Below are positions 28,194 to 35,699 of a stretch of DNA of 64,000 nucleotides, one piece after another; the stretch's first letter is position 1, and every line of letters begins with the position of its first letter. The DNA lies in IMG/VR virus record IMGVR_UViG_3300044691_000113, positions 5,300 to 69,299 of that record; one strand, given 5' to 3'. The stretch comes from a virus. A program made the translations under genes and the position numbers. The notes under the pieces are model-generated. The model did no database searches and had not been told where the DNA came from. It saw only the letters and a program-made list of their open reading frames with translations.

Positions 28194-28563
28194 GTGCTGC
28201 CTCCGTTCCCGGGAAAGGCTTCAGGATCATGCCGCCGCGGTCCCTTGGTGGCCAGAGGCGTCCGTCTGGGACGTCATGGTGCAGCACGACTGGCATCCCT
28301 TCGAACTCCACAGCCGCCCCAGCGAGCATCTCCTGGCGCATGACCTCCTCGCGCGCGTGAAGCCGTTCCTCTGTCCAATAGTCGCCCTTGGGCATCTGGT
28401 TGGTAATGAGGACAAGGCTGATGATGAAGTCGAAGACGATTGGACCGCACTCCACCTTGTCGGGCCAGAAGCCAGCGAAGCGCATGAGGGAGATGTCATT
28501 CCGCAGGTCCATCACTCGTATCTGCGGATCCTCGGCCATTCTGTTTTCGCTGTTTTCGCTCAT
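28183..28563 (-). CDS. Small protein resembling an isolated capsid A-domain segment
   Basis: PDKVECGPIVFDFIISL...AVEFEGMPVVLHHDVPDGRLW; start uncertain (28563 or 28539). Confidence 0.5.
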   Translation of the reverse strand: MSENSENRMAEDPQIRVMDLRNDISLMRFAGFWPDKVECGPIVFDFIISLVLITNQMPKGDYWTEERLHAREEVMRQEMLAGAAVEFEGMPVVLHHDVPDGRLWPPRDRGGMILKPFPGTEAALAI

Positions 28564-28972
28564 GGTTTTGCTCGGCCTTCTTCCTATCGATCTTCTGTAA
28601 CCGCTCCTGCTCCCGTCGCTCCACGTAGCGCCGGTCAACATCCAGAGGATCGTCCGGTCCCCGATACACCGTGCTGCGAGTCGTGCCCTTGGGACGCCCT
28701 GTCGACTTGCCGTTCGCATTGTTGCGCTTCCGCTTCTCGCGGGTGTGTTCGTTGATGGTGTCTACGCTGGTATCGCCGATAGGTGCCTCGGCGCGCGGGT
28801 CCGAGGTGAAGGGTAGCGGCCGACTGGTCATCCCTCTACACTGAGCGGTGGTGACGAGGTCCTCATCGCACCATGGACACTTTGCTGCGAGGTCGGGACG
28901 ATCTGGCGTTCCTGTCTCGAAGGTTCCACAGGACGGGCAATCGAACCGCGTCAGGTAGTAGGGGTTGAGCAT
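28496..28972 (-). CDS. Zinc-ribbon protein with basic tail (candidate regulator)
   Basis: CPSC...CPWC; KSTGRPKG AT-hook-like; K/R-rich C-terminus. Confidence 0.6.
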   Translation of the reverse strand: MLNPYYLTRFDCPSCGTFETGTPDRPDLAAKCPWCDEDLVTTAQCRGMTSRPLPFTSDPRAEAPIGDTSVDTINEHTREKRKRNNANGKSTGRPKGTTRSTVYRGPDDPLDVDRRYVERREQERLQKIDRKKAEQNHERKQRKQNGRGSADTSDGPAE

Positions 28973-29248
28973 CTAGTCGGTTTGGTTGTCCCAGAAGAGT
29001 TGAACGGCCAGGGCCTTCTCCTCGATCGGCAGCTTCGCCCAGAACGCATCAAGTTGGTTCTCGTCGACCATGAGGGGCACGAGGAAGCGGGTAACGTCTT
29101 CGTTGACGGAGGCATCCGGGGCTTGCTTCTTGGGCTTCTTTGGGCCTTTGGGCTTCTTGACTCCGGCGTGGAGGTCGCAGAACTTGCGCGCACCCTTCGC
29201 CTCAAACGTCTCTTCGCAGTGCTCGGACGCACATTTCTTAGTAGCCAT
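28973..29248 (-). CDS. Small zinc-finger protein
   Basis: CASEHC...FCDLH; RBS GAAGGAG. Confidence 0.65.
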   Translation of the reverse strand: MATKKCASEHCEETFEAKGARKFCDLHAGVKKPKGPKKPKKQAPDASVNEDVTRFLVPLMVDENQLDAFWAKLPIEEKALAVQLFWDNQTD

Positions 29249-29507
29249 GGGGCTCCTTCATTTGGGAGAAGTAAGATGAGCGTTCTATGCCCAGGTAGGT
29301 TCCGGTGGTGCCACTCGCGTGCCAATACAGGACACCCCACGGCTCCGGGCTGATGTACTCGGTGGTGTACTCGGCGACGGGAACTAGGCTGCCGAACGGC
29401 TCAATGGGGATGATTTCCGTCTGGGCGAGGAAGATTTTGGGAGCAATGCCGACGCCTACAACCGCCGTGGCCAGTGATCGCAGGAATGATCGTCTACCGA
29501 GCACCAT
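29238..29507 (-). CDS. Twin-arginine-signal protein carrying a capsid-like peptide
   Basis: GRRSFLRSLATAVVGVGIAP; C-terminal WGVLYWHASGTTGTYLGIERS aligns ungapped to this phage's capsid protein. Confidence 0.65.
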   Translation of the reverse strand: MVLGRRSFLRSLATAVVGVGIAPKIFLAQTEIIPIEPFGSLVPVAEYTTEYISPEPWGVLYWHASGTTGTYLGIERSSYFSQMKEPHGY

Positions 29508-29572
29508 CGCAGGAGTCCCTCAATGCTTCAGGCTCGCCCGCGCTATCTCGGGGAATGGTTGGTTGCGGAGGG

Positions 29573-29926
29573 TTAGGCTTTCGGCCCAGTCCCCACGTTG
29601 GTCATCACAACTGACGCCTTAGCTGTCGCTTCCACGTCTAACTCGCCGGTTGGCTTGTAACGCGGACTCACAAAGGCGATGGTGTCTTTCGGCATTGCCT
29701 CGGAGACGGCGAGGTCACCGTAGAAGCGTTGGCCATCGAATCCGCCCTCGGATAGTGTTCTCCGTTGTGTAGGCCATTCGACCTTCTCGAACTCCCATGG
29801 CGGCTTGGCGAACGATTCAGCAAGGTGTTGAACGGTCGTCTGGCTTAGGGGCGTTCCGGTGCCGTACTTCTCCCACGCCGCCAGGATGCGCTCTCGCCAA
29901 ACGTCTTCACCTGGCCATTCCATCAT
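29573..29926 (-). CDS. Small protein with capsid-like C-terminal motif
   Basis: EGGFDGQRFYGDLAVSEAMPKDTIAFVSPRY; start uncertain (29926 or 29962). Confidence 0.5.
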   Translation of the reverse strand: MMEWPGEDVWRERILAAWEKYGTGTPLSQTTVQHLAESFAKPPWEFEKVEWPTQRRTLSEGGFDGQRFYGDLAVSEAMPKDTIAFVSPRYKPTGELDVEATAKASVVMTNVGTGPKA

Positions 29927-29955
29927 TTCGCCCTCGTTTCTCGCAGGGTAGCACG

Positions 29956-30021
29956 GTTGCACCGTATCCAGTGCAACATTATTTGTCGTAACTCTGACGA
30001 CAAGTTGCGACAGCCAAACGG
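29956..30021 (-). promoter_or_regulatory. Promoter/operator region of the attP-proximal cluster
   Basis: Palindromes GTTGCAC-N8-GTGCAAC and TTGTCGT-N7-ACGACAA; minus strand TTGTCG-N16-TAATGT and TGcTACCCT; shares two 12-mers with 41076-41124. Confidence 0.5.
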
Positions 30022-30240
30022 GGGAGAGTTTGAGGGAGAATTAGCAAAGCCACATACGCCAAACCCTGATAAATGCTGGAAAATGCTGGAACGTCGTAAC
30101 ACTCTATGTCATTGAAAACACAAAATACAGAATGGCTACGAACCAGTAGGTCGGGCGTTCGAATCGCTCCGGGCGCACCATTTAGGATCAATAGCTTACC
30201 TCATGTATGCAGAATTATCGAGGGAGGATTTGAGGGAGGA
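30021..30240. repeat. attP arm-type direct repeats flanking the core
   Basis: Paired GAGGGAG-like repeats with 12-nt period at 30021-30040 and 30220-30240; tandem AAATGCTGGA at 30071-30090; IHF-like GATCAATAGCTTA at 30186-30198. Confidence 0.65.
30133..30180 (+). other. attP core: 3' half of tRNA-Arg(ACG)
   Basis: TGG-CTACGAA-CCA anticodon arm remnant, T-arm GGGCG-TTCGAAT-CGCTC, acceptor 3' strand ending CCA; no 5' half; about 0.9 kb from integrase 3' end. Confidence 0.9.
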
Positions 30241-30833
30241 CTAATTTCTAAAGCACAATGTGGGAACTCCCTCTTCTTCGCCCTACGCACGCTCTCTGCC
30301 GCTTCCTGGGCGAGATCCTTGGATGGATACTTCTGTTCGTCTCCCAGAGTGATGGATCTGTACGTATTGCCGTCTTTATATCGAAAAACCCACACATCTG
30401 GTCCTTTTTTCCTCTCCTTCAATGTCACGCTTCCGCATTGACGGCGGCGGTTACGGGGGCGCTTTTTGGTGTGTGGTGTGGGAATGAAGCCGAAGTAGCC
30501 GAAACGCTCTCCGAGAGTCTTCACTTCTCCAAGATCGATCATCCCTGAGTCGGCTTCCCGGTGATGGTTGGGGCAAAGCGGTATCAGGTTATTCAAGTCA
30601 TTGATTTCATCGATCATCGCTGTTCCAGGGAAGGCCATGACTCCACGCTTGTGTGCAATGTCAACGTGGCGGTCGTAACCACAGAAGAAGCAGCAGAGTG
30701 GCAGGCCCGAGGTCTCGAACTTGTTGCGCGCACCTTTTTGAATCATTGTGCGTGCCCGCTGGTATCCCATGCGAGTGAAGACTGCCGCTCGGGTTTCTCC
30801 GAGACCGTGGGTTGCTGTACGCTTGAGATGCAT
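30201..30833 (-). CDS. HNH endonuclease fused to an integrase arm-binding-like domain
   Basis: Start re-called at ATG 30833 behind GGAG; CFFCGY..VDIAH...NLIPLCPNHHREAD; C-terminal GSVTLKERKKGPDVWVFRYKDGNTYRSITLG..KY resembles the integrase N-terminus. Confidence 0.8.
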   Translation of the reverse strand: MHLKRTATHGLGETRAAVFTRMGYQRARTMIQKGARNKFETSGLPLCCFFCGYDRHVDIAHKRGVMAFPGTAMIDEINDLNNLIPLCPNHHREADSGMIDLGEVKTLGERFGYFGFIPTPHTKKRPRNRRRQCGSVTLKERKKGPDVWVFRYKDGNTYRSITLGDEQKYPSKDLAQEAAESVRRAKKREFPHCALEISPPSNPPSIILHT

Positions 30834-30921
30834 GGGTGTTCTCCGTTGACGCGGATGAGCTTTGTGCGGAAGTCTCTGAACAGACGACCGCAACCATGCT
30901 TTCATTCTACACTTCGGCCTT

Positions 30922-31089
30922 CTATCTCTGATTGCTCAGGCAGAAATTATTGCGTTCCTCTTCGTTGCAGAACCAACCGTAGGCGCCATCTTTGACCATG
31001 CGAGTCTTCGAGACGATCGAGCCACACTTCACGCACCGCGCAACCTCGGAATAGTAAGCAGGAAATAGCCAGCGAAGAAATCTCTTCAT
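30922..31089 (-). CDS. 55-aa Cys-containing hypothetical protein (below ORF-track cutoff)
   Basis: ATGA overlap with int stop; MKRFLRWLFPAYYSEVARCVKCG...WFCNEE..C. Confidence 0.55.
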   Translation of the reverse strand: MKRFLRWLFPAYYSEVARCVKCGSIVSKTRMVKDGAYGWFCNEEERNNFCLSNQR

Positions 31090-32327
31090 GCTCTTTTCCT
31101 CAGCATCTCCACAACCCTGGCGTTGGCACCGCGCACCGTCTCCGCCTTCGAACTGCCGCCGTACTTCAGGGTTTGCCGGATGTCTTCATGGCGCATGAGC
31201 GCCCGTTGCTCCTCGAGGGTGAGCTTCTCCTGGTCCATCATCGCCCGGTAGGTGTGGCGGAAGTCGTGCCAACCAAGGTTGGGGATGCCGATCAGCTTGC
31301 CCGCAGGGACGAGATGGTCCTGCTGCAACGTTCCACCCCAGAACGGACGGCCGGTAACGATGTTACAGAAAAGCCAGCCATTGACTGGGGTGGGGATGCC
31401 GTCTCGGGTCTCACCTTCGATAGTCTGCTCCTCGCGCCATAGCTCGAGGATGGCGTAGAGGTCTTCGTGGATTGGCAACTCCTCCTCAGATCCTTCGGTT
31501 TTCGTGTCGCCGGTGTTCTGACCCACTTGGGAGCGGTGGATGCTCATGACGCGTCGTACCATATTGAAGTCTTCCCAGCGAAGGCCGAGTATCTCACTGA
31601 CGCGCAGGCCCAACAGCATGGCGATGAAGATCATGGTGCGAACGTGGGGAGCCAGTTCTACCACCGTGGTCAGGGCAATCCACTGGTCATGGGTGATGAT
31701 GTTCGCTGGGCGAACCTTCTTCCTGCGCCCCTTCACCTTGACCGCGGTGACTGGATTGCGTTGCATGGGGATAAGTTGGTGCTTCATCGCGTACTCGAAG
31801 ACAAGGTGTACGAACGCCTTGATGTGGAGCTTCGTCTTCTTGCTGGCTGGACGGGCAGGTTTGCCAGGGATCGTCTTGCCGGGGATGAGCTTGCCCTTTG
31901 CCATGCGGTCTGGGATAACCCTGTCGGGCTTGGCCAGGACTTCGTAGCCGTTGACCCAGTTCTCGATCGCGAGGATGTCCTTGACCATGTCGTCGACGCG
32001 CCACTCGCCCCAGTCTGCCCGTAACCGCTTCATGAACCCGAGGTATGTCTTGGCTGTCTTCGGGCGTATGTCCTTCGGCTTGTCCCACTCCAGTTTGAGG
32101 CGATCGCAGAGGCCGGAGACGTTGATGCCGGCGATGCGCTCGTTGATCTCGAGGAGTTGGCGGTCGGCTTCCTTGCGCGCGGCGCCCTTGGTTCGGAACT
32201 TGTCGACGGTGCCAATCTCTTTGGAGCGGTATCTACCGTTCTCTTCGAAGCGGAGAACCCACAGGTCAGGGCCCTTGGCGCGGGGTTTGCGGGTGACAGT
32301 GCCTTGCTGGTAGCTGCTGCGCTTCAT
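31086..32327 (-). CDS. int: Tyrosine integrase
   Basis: GLRVSEILGLRWED, TKT, HDFRHTY, LMRHEDIRQTLKY catalytic motifs; adjacent attP. Confidence 0.95.
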   Translation of the reverse strand: MKRSSYQQGTVTRKPRAKGPDLWVLRFEENGRYRSKEIGTVDKFRTKGAARKEADRQLLEINERIAGINVSGLCDRLKLEWDKPKDIRPKTAKTYLGFMKRLRADWGEWRVDDMVKDILAIENWVNGYEVLAKPDRVIPDRMAKGKLIPGKTIPGKPARPASKKTKLHIKAFVHLVFEYAMKHQLIPMQRNPVTAVKVKGRRKKVRPANIITHDQWIALTTVVELAPHVRTMIFIAMLLGLRVSEILGLRWEDFNMVRRVMSIHRSQVGQNTGDTKTEGSEEELPIHEDLYAILELWREEQTIEGETRDGIPTPVNGWLFCNIVTGRPFWGGTLQQDHLVPAGKLIGIPNLGWHDFRHTYRAMMDQEKLTLEEQRALMRHEDIRQTLKYGGSSKAETVRGANARVVEMLRKRA

Positions 32328-32366
32328 CTACGTCCTCGATGTCTAAGGCTCGGAAGCAAGTCTACC

Positions 32367-32534
32367 TCAGCAGTACCCACTCTCGCGCATCGTTACATCG
32401 TCGGGGTCTTCCCAACCCATAAAGTCGAGGTCGTCGCAGTCGTCTGGCATCTGGCAGTCGCAGTAGCAACCAGGTCCAGTGCAGGCGCTACACATCCCGA
32501 GGGCGCAGGCGGGGCAGACGACATCCCGACTCAC
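32367..32534 (-). CDS. Cys-rich microprotein
   Basis: GTG overlapping xis stop; CPACALGMCSACTGPGCYCDC. Confidence 0.5.
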   Translation of the reverse strand: MSRDVVCPACALGMCSACTGPGCYCDCQMPDDCDDLDFMGWEDPDDVTMRESGYC

Positions 32535-32755
32535 TGTGCCCGTCCGCTCTTGATGAACTCGTCGACATCGGACAGCCGGCAGCGCCAGTAGGTTTTCTTG
32601 CCGAACTTGTAGGCTTTTGCCGGTATCTTGCCCGCGATGGCGAGGCGCCGGGTGGTCTGGTAGCCGAAGCCGATGTGCTTGGCGACGACGCGCAGGTCCA
32701 CCCACTTCTCAGCCTCGGCGGTGGCGACTTGGGGTTCGACGAGTTGCAGGCTCAT
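32531..32755 (-). CDS. xis: Excisionase-like winged HTH protein
   Basis: Start at ATG 32755; WVDLRVVAKHIG...TTRRLAIAGKIPA...WRCRLSDVDEFI; upstream of int. Confidence 0.75.
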   Translation of the reverse strand: MSLQLVEPQVATAEAEKWVDLRVVAKHIGFGYQTTRRLAIAGKIPAKAYKFGKKTYWRCRLSDVDEFIKSGRAQ

Positions 32756-32988
32756 GGTTTGCTCCTCTTCATCGGGCCGAAGCACTCTTCGTAGCCCTTT
32801 ATCAACTTGGGGTCCGTCTTCATAATCTCGTCCCGCTTGCATCGGTTGGTGTCTTCCTTCCCGTGGCAGACTCCGAAGGGACACTTGCAGAGTGGCAATA
32901 GGTCCATCAGGCCGCCGTCCGCGAGGCGCTTCAGCTCGGCGTCGGGCTGGGGGTTGCGCTTTAGGAACTCTTCGAACTCCTTGCTCAT
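32752..32988 (-). CDS. Hypothetical protein
   Basis: 78 aa, ATGA-coupled to both neighbours. Confidence 0.6.
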   Translation of the reverse strand: MSKEFEEFLKRNPQPDAELKRLADGGLMDLLPLCKCPFGVCHGKEDTNRCKRDEIMKTDPKLIKGYEECFGPMKRSKP

Positions 32989-33185
32989 CGTTCGCTCCTG
33001 TGCCTGGTGCCGGTGGTGACCTTGACGGCTTCCGCTTTGTGGTCGCTGCAGTAGCCAATGTTGTGCTGGGTGGGGTGACGGTAGAGCGCAGGCTTACCAC
33101 AGTGGCAGGTCTCCGGATCCTGGCGGCGTACCAGTGGCTGATCCCCGCGGTCGTTCCATGGGACAATCGGCGCTATCGTTCTCAT
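32985..33185 (-). CDS. Small zinc-finger protein
   Basis: ATG 33185; CHCGKPA...GYCSDH. Confidence 0.6.
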   Translation of the reverse strand: MRTIAPIVPWNDRGDQPLVRRQDPETCHCGKPALYRHPTQHNIGYCSDHKAEAVKVTTGTRHRSER

Positions 33186-33514
33186 GGCCGCGCCTCCGTG
33201 ATCGACAGCAGCTTGTCGACATCCTGGTGCGGGTTGTAGATCGGCTTGTCCTCGTACAGAAACCACTCCCGCGTCTTGTGCTCCATCGACGTCAGGATGC
33301 ACTTGAAGCAGGTGGAGACGACTTGGCTCTTGGTGGTGGTGGCCATGACCAGCGTCCACTCGCGGGTTACCTGCATCTCCTCGAGGCCGGTGATGGTGTC
33401 GGCTTCGACGTAGGAGGCGTAGATGTAGGCGTTGATGCCGTCAATGCTGACCGCGAGGGTGTAGCCGGGGAAGAAGCAGGAGGATACGGCGTCGATGATC
33501 TCTTGCGGCGTCAT
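33182..33514 (-). CDS. Hypothetical phage protein
   Basis: 110 aa, ATGA-coupled; EHKTREWFLYEDKPIYNPH motif. Confidence 0.7.
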   Translation of the reverse strand: MTPQEIIDAVSSCFFPGYTLAVSIDGINAYIYASYVEADTITGLEEMQVTREWTLVMATTTKSQVVSTCFKCILTSMEHKTREWFLYEDKPIYNPHQDVDKLLSITEARP

Positions 33515-33855
33515 TTACTCACCGCCATGGTTGCGACTGCCCAGCCGAGTTTCATCAGGTAATGTATGGATTGGTCGTACTCGAAGCTGAACGCGCCCTC
33601 ACACTTCCAGTAGTCGATGAAGAAGTGGATGACTAACTCCGCGATGCCACACCACACATTGCCAGTGATAAGCGCGACCGTGCCGCCGTGGATGAGGCAA
33701 TGCGCCAACATGAGTTGCCACCATGGGAAGCGTGGCGAGCCGTAGCCCTTATGACGATTCTTGCCGAGAGCGAGGATGTCAGATTGGAGCGGGAAGTCGC
33801 ATAGTGCGTGGCCAGCGCAGAGCATGAGCAGCAGCCAGAGGAAGGAGTGTGTCAT
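33511..33855 (-). CDS. DUF3307-like membrane protein
   Basis: HALCDFPLQ, HCLIHG, HFFIDYWK, DQSIH motifs with TM helices. Confidence 0.8.
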   Translation of the reverse strand: MTHSFLWLLLMLCAGHALCDFPLQSDILALGKNRHKGYGSPRFPWWQLMLAHCLIHGGTVALITGNVWCGIAELVIHFFIDYWKCEGAFSFEYDQSIHYLMKLGWAVATMAVSK

Positions 33856-34043
33856 CTGAGCCTCGCTTGCACTGTGCATACCGTTTTGCAGATGGGGCAC
33901 TCTATCGAGAGGTAGTCGCCGTCTCTCTGGTCGGAGTTGTATTTGGCTTCTTTTGCTTCAATCTCAAATTCGGTGTGGCAATGGTTGCAGTCGAGGCGAT
34001 ACACCTCGTTACCTGGAACTTGCCCGCGCTTGATGATCTTCAT
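33852..34043 (-). CDS. Small zinc-ribbon protein
   Basis: MKIIKRG...CNHCHTEFE...CPIC. Confidence 0.7.
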   Translation of the reverse strand: MKIIKRGQVPGNEVYRLDCNHCHTEFEIEAKEAKYNSDQRDGDYLSIECPICKTVCTVQARLR

Positions 34044-34345
34044 TTGGTCTTTGCCTTTCTGAATCGGTTGGGGTCGGTGCAGGTCGACCAGTGGGCAATC
34101 GCGGGCGTCTCTGGCGTCGGCATCGGGTTCATGGGCAGCGCGCGGCCGGTTGGGGTCTGCCACCATTCCAGTGGCGCTCCACAAGCTCTACAGACCGCCA
34201 CAGCGCCGCTGCCACTGGGCTCGTAGCCGCGCATCAGCATCTCGCCGTTGGTCTTCGGGAACCAGCCGGGGGAGCGTGGCGCCTTCTTCGGCTTCTCGGG
34301 CACGGTCCGTGGCAGGTCCATCTCGAACAGGGTTGGCTCAGTCAT
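34040..34345 (-). CDS. Zinc-finger hypothetical protein
   Basis: CRACGAPLEW..TPTGRALP...HWSTC. Confidence 0.7.
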   Translation of the reverse strand: MTEPTLFEMDLPRTVPEKPKKAPRSPGWFPKTNGEMLMRGYEPSGSGAVAVCRACGAPLEWWQTPTGRALPMNPMPTPETPAIAHWSTCTDPNRFRKAKTK

Positions 34346-34584
34346 GGGCGCACCGTCGCCTTTCTAGCCTCGATCAGTTTGTCGATGTCCTCGATGGTGG
34401 CATCGTTGATGTTGAACTCAATGCCGTCCGCCTCAGACGTTGGCGGCGGTACCTTGAGGAAGATCAGCGTTTTGCCGTTGAGGTTGCCATCCGTTCCCAT
34501 CAGCGGAAAGATGGCGCGTCCGTCCTTGTTCCAGATGTCTCCGCGCATCTCCAGGTGAATTGCGAGGCGTAGTAGCTCAGTCAT
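34342..34584 (-). CDS. Hypothetical protein
   Basis: 80 aa, coupled to neighbours. Confidence 0.6.
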   Translation of the reverse strand: MTELLRLAIHLEMRGDIWNKDGRAIFPLMGTDGNLNGKTLIFLKVPPPTSEADGIEFNINDATIEDIDKLIEARKATVRP

Positions 34585-35515
34585 GGCTGGCCTTCGGGTC
34601 GAGCATCTGGATCGGGCACACGTCGATGTCGGCGGGCATCACGCAGGATGGCGCTGGCGCTGGCTTGGGGTCGGTAGTTCCCCATGCTTCGTACAAACAA
34701 TGCCAATTAGCTTTTTCGTTGCGTGTATTACATTTGCCGTCGCTCGCGCACTGCAACTCCCTATACCGTTCACGGTCGGTGCATTCACCACTGGGGACAA
34801 ACAGGCTGTCATAGAAGTCCTGGTCGTGATCGAGAACCAACTGGTCGTACTCCGCAGCCTTCTCAGCCTCACAGGGTCCGCTAGTCAACGTTCCATCAGG
34901 GCAGCGGCCTACTGTCGGCGCGAGCTTGGGAGCCGTATGAGGCTGGAGAAGCCAGTTGCCATCGTTACCCAGACTCAGCTTCGGCGTCATTGGCTTGTAC
35001 TGATCAATCTCTGCTGGCGTCAGCGGGCGCGACTCGCAACCCCAAGCGTGGTCGCTGGATAGTTTGTCGCAACTAATTTTCGCCGGGATCGTATTTATGA
35101 ACACCCAGCGATCCCGCCAAGGACTAGTAACGGCGAATGTGGGGAGACCATCCTTCCGCTTGTGCTTGCGCGGCCGAGTCACCCGGAAGGCGTTCGACGT
35201 CCGATAGGGCACCTTGCCGCATTCACCGGGATTAGGTGTTGGGTAACACCAGTCGTCGTTAGTTGTATTCCAGGCCTTCACTGAAGGATCAAGGCATAAA
35301 TACCCGCCACCCTCCACGGGCGAGCAATTTGGTGGTTCGGCCGCCAGTTTCGTGTACGGGACGACGAACGGCTCGGCCGCTGCGGGCTTCGGTCTCGGCT
35401 TCGCGCTCTTGTAGCCGCGGTAGCCTGCCCAACCCATCAGGGCCAGCAGTAGGGCCACGAGGAAGAACGGCAGTGCGCGCAGGAGGTTGTGCTCGGGAGT
35501 TCTGGGATACGCCAT
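34577..35515 (-). CDS. Membrane-anchored Cys-rich exported protein
   Basis: RBS AAAGGAG; N-terminal TM (LPFFLVALLLALMGWAGY); many paired Cys. Confidence 0.65.
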   Translation of the reverse strand: MAYPRTPEHNLLRALPFFLVALLLALMGWAGYRGYKSAKPRPKPAAAEPFVVPYTKLAAEPPNCSPVEGGGYLCLDPSVKAWNTTNDDWCYPTPNPGECGKVPYRTSNAFRVTRPRKHKRKDGLPTFAVTSPWRDRWVFINTIPAKISCDKLSSDHAWGCESRPLTPAEIDQYKPMTPKLSLGNDGNWLLQPHTAPKLAPTVGRCPDGTLTSGPCEAEKAAEYDQLVLDHDQDFYDSLFVPSGECTDRERYRELQCASDGKCNTRNEKANWHCLYEAWGTTDPKPAPAPSCVMPADIDVCPIQMLDPKASHD

Positions 35516-35547
35516 CGTGTTGCTCCTTTCGCTTCAGCTAGGGCGCG

Positions 35548-35697
35548 CTATCTCGCCGGGGGTTGTGGTGTGTTGACGCAGAGCGGAGCGTGAGGCGTAA
35601 ACACTTGCGTGCTCGACCACGTATCCGGACCAATGGGGCACTGGACTCCGTCGTAGTGGCTGTCTTCAGCGGCTCCGCAAAGTTGGCAAGTGTCCAT
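35548..35697 (-). CDS. 49-aa zinc-finger-like microprotein (below ORF-track cutoff)
   Basis: ATG 35697 behind GGAGG; MDTCQLCGAAEDSHYDGVQCP... Confidence 0.5.
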   Translation of the reverse strand: MDTCQLCGAAEDSHYDGVQCPIGPDTWSSTQVFTPHAPLCVNTPQPPAR

Positions 35698-35699
35698 GG

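Noticed and set aside
30100-30180. Complete phage tRNA-Arg gene
   Set aside because: Upstream sequence cannot form the D-arm or 5' acceptor strand; it is an attP core.
30860-30890. GTTCAGAGACT on the minus strand resembles a group I intron R element near the HNH gene
   Set aside because: No paired S element or interrupted host gene identified.
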